From Azolla caroliniana (Eukaryota > Plantae > Polypodiophyta), in assembly GCA_043228905.1 (NCBI GenBank), contig JBHGNT010000016.1, positions 17,112,001-17,176,000 on the forward strand: 64,000 nucleotides of DNA, written 5' to 3'. This document shows positions 62,506-64,000 of the stretch, in pieces (position 1 is the first letter of the stretch; each line of letters begins with the position of its first letter). Position numbers and translations under genes: made by a program. The notes beneath the pieces are model-generated. The model ran no database searches. It was not told the origin of the DNA and was given only the letters and a program-made list of their open reading frames with translations.

Positions 62506-62879
62506 GCTCGATGTATGTAGAAAAGGCAAGTAAAAACTATATTAACAAGAAGCAGAATACAAGAATAACCAATAACCGTTACAAGAGAGGTGAAAGTGCA
62601 GTTATATAGTCACCTTCCCACTATTCTCTTTCTACAACCACCACTTAACTAAAGAGAGGTGGAGTCTTAACTACACTGAATATGTGTCATAGAACTATAA
62701 GATTCTATGACACATTAGTATAGTCGGTGGTGGGGTGTTCACACACTAGGGAAGTTGAGTTTGATTCTCAACAACCTACAATTATAGCATCCATGCTTCA
62801 ACTAAGGTTTCCCCATGCTTTGCAAAATATGGATTTCACCCTAATTTCAACATTTCCATTATTGCAAATTTGGTCAATC

Positions 62880-63903
62880 CTTCGGCAGAGACACATGCCC
62901 GCACTTTACACGATGTCCATCATGACATCTCCCTTGAGCTCCGTATTGTTGGCGACCAATAAAAAGATCAGGCTAACCGACATCGCTTGGCTGCGCCAAT
63001 GTTTGCAGTTGGCGACATGGTTTGGCTGTTACGTCGCCACATCGCCACCACACGTCCCTACGCAAAATTGGACTACAAAAACTAGGCCCCTTCTATATCA
63101 TTGAGCGAATCAACCACGTCGCCTTTCAGTTAGAACTTCCCCCAACATTCAGGATTCACAACGTTTTTCACGTTTCTCTCCTCGAACTCGACCATCCTTC
63201 TCGAATTCCGGGATGACAACTTCCTCCACCGCTACCCATGGAATTGTCGTCAAGGGAGGAGTACGAGGTTCACCAATCCTCGACTACCGCCTGCGTCGTC
63301 GACAACTTCAATATTTGGTCTTATGGAAAGGTTATCGGATTTCGGACGCCACATGGGAACCAATTACACATTTACAAAATGCTCCAGAGGCCATTCGAGT
63401 TTTTCATCAATGATACCCTCATAAGCCGACCATGGGTTTTGGGAGGCGGCCTTCAAGGGAGGATAATGTCATAGACAAATAACGTCACGGTGGAATGTAG
63501 GGGTTGAAATCATGACCTCCTGGTCTTATTGAGCAACCTTACCAATTGAACTACATCTATTTGTATATCATTGTATAAGATTAAACTTCTTATGTTGTAG
63601 GTTCATCACTAGAACTTTCAAGAAACTTCTAGACAATGCATCTTCATGCATTCTCCAGAAGATTCCTAGCTTGCATACGTCCTCATGCATTTTCTAGAAT
63701 ATTCTTAGCTTTCATGCAAACCTCCTCATTCATGTATAAATATTTCGGTGCACCTTGATTCTAATCAAGGTGAACAACACCAGTTATAGAAACATAAATT
63801 CAATTCTTGTTCTCTTGTCTATATGCTATCTCTTTCTTGTTCTCTTGTCTATATGCTCTCTCTTAGTATTTAGCCTTGTCTACCCCATTGGTAAGTTGTT
63901 ACA
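62880..63903 (+). mobile_element. 3' fragment of a chromovirus (Gypsy): integrase C-terminus, chromodomain, PPT 63455-63466, LTR ~63467-63903
   Basis: [36 protein letters not shown]; EEYEV..ILDYRLRRRQLQYLVLWKGY..SDATWEP; AAGGGAGGATAA then TGTCA. Right LTR end (...TTACA) is tentative. Confidence 0.82.
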
Positions 63904-64000
63904 CTACAAGCCACTATGTCTTGGGTACCCAATTTTACTCACCTCTCTATTATATACTCCAAACATACCTCTTAATTCACTACATGCCATTGTGGAATGT

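Noticed and set aside
62712-62775. tRNA/SINE-like fragment (TAGTATAGTCGG...GAGTTTGATTCTC); a weaker one near 10350-10460
   Set aside because: Too degenerate to fold or delimit; not called as tRNA or SINE.

Overview
Eukaryotic, repeat-rich window from a land plant, probably a non-seed plant such as a fern (inferred from TE lineages, (AG)n tracts and the gene content). Three intact host genes are supported by GT-AG exon chains that I checked for frame. (1) A 10-exon U2AF65-like splicing factor (11192-18776, +). (2) A 5-exon, ~570-aa secreted protein with a Hedgehog-type Hint/Hog autoprocessing domain, an unrecognised N-terminal domain and a hydrophobic C-terminal tail (20795-23505, -). (3) A small At4g08330-like Cys-rich protein (50552-52038, -). 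The rest is mostly nested transposons. An L1-type LINE flanked by (AG)n hosts a short Gypsy with a tRNA-Ala PBS and a 4-bp TSD. A multi-layer Gypsy nest spans ~25.5-49.9 kb: an old + copy holds a - copy with a tRNA-Trp PBS, which in turn holds a + Athila/Tat-like copy with a ~1000-aa extra ORF and an LTR-less Copia body. There are also two hAT-like MITEs, a solo LTR, a young intact Copia (1441-aa ORF) and a chromovirus 3' fragment. The two most striking observations are the plant Hog-domain gene and the Gypsy element at 31991-42062, which has a CCA-ending copy of the tRNA-Arg 3' end (an inverted second PBS) where the polypurine tract should be. tRNA and family assignments are from recalled consensus sequences, not database searches.
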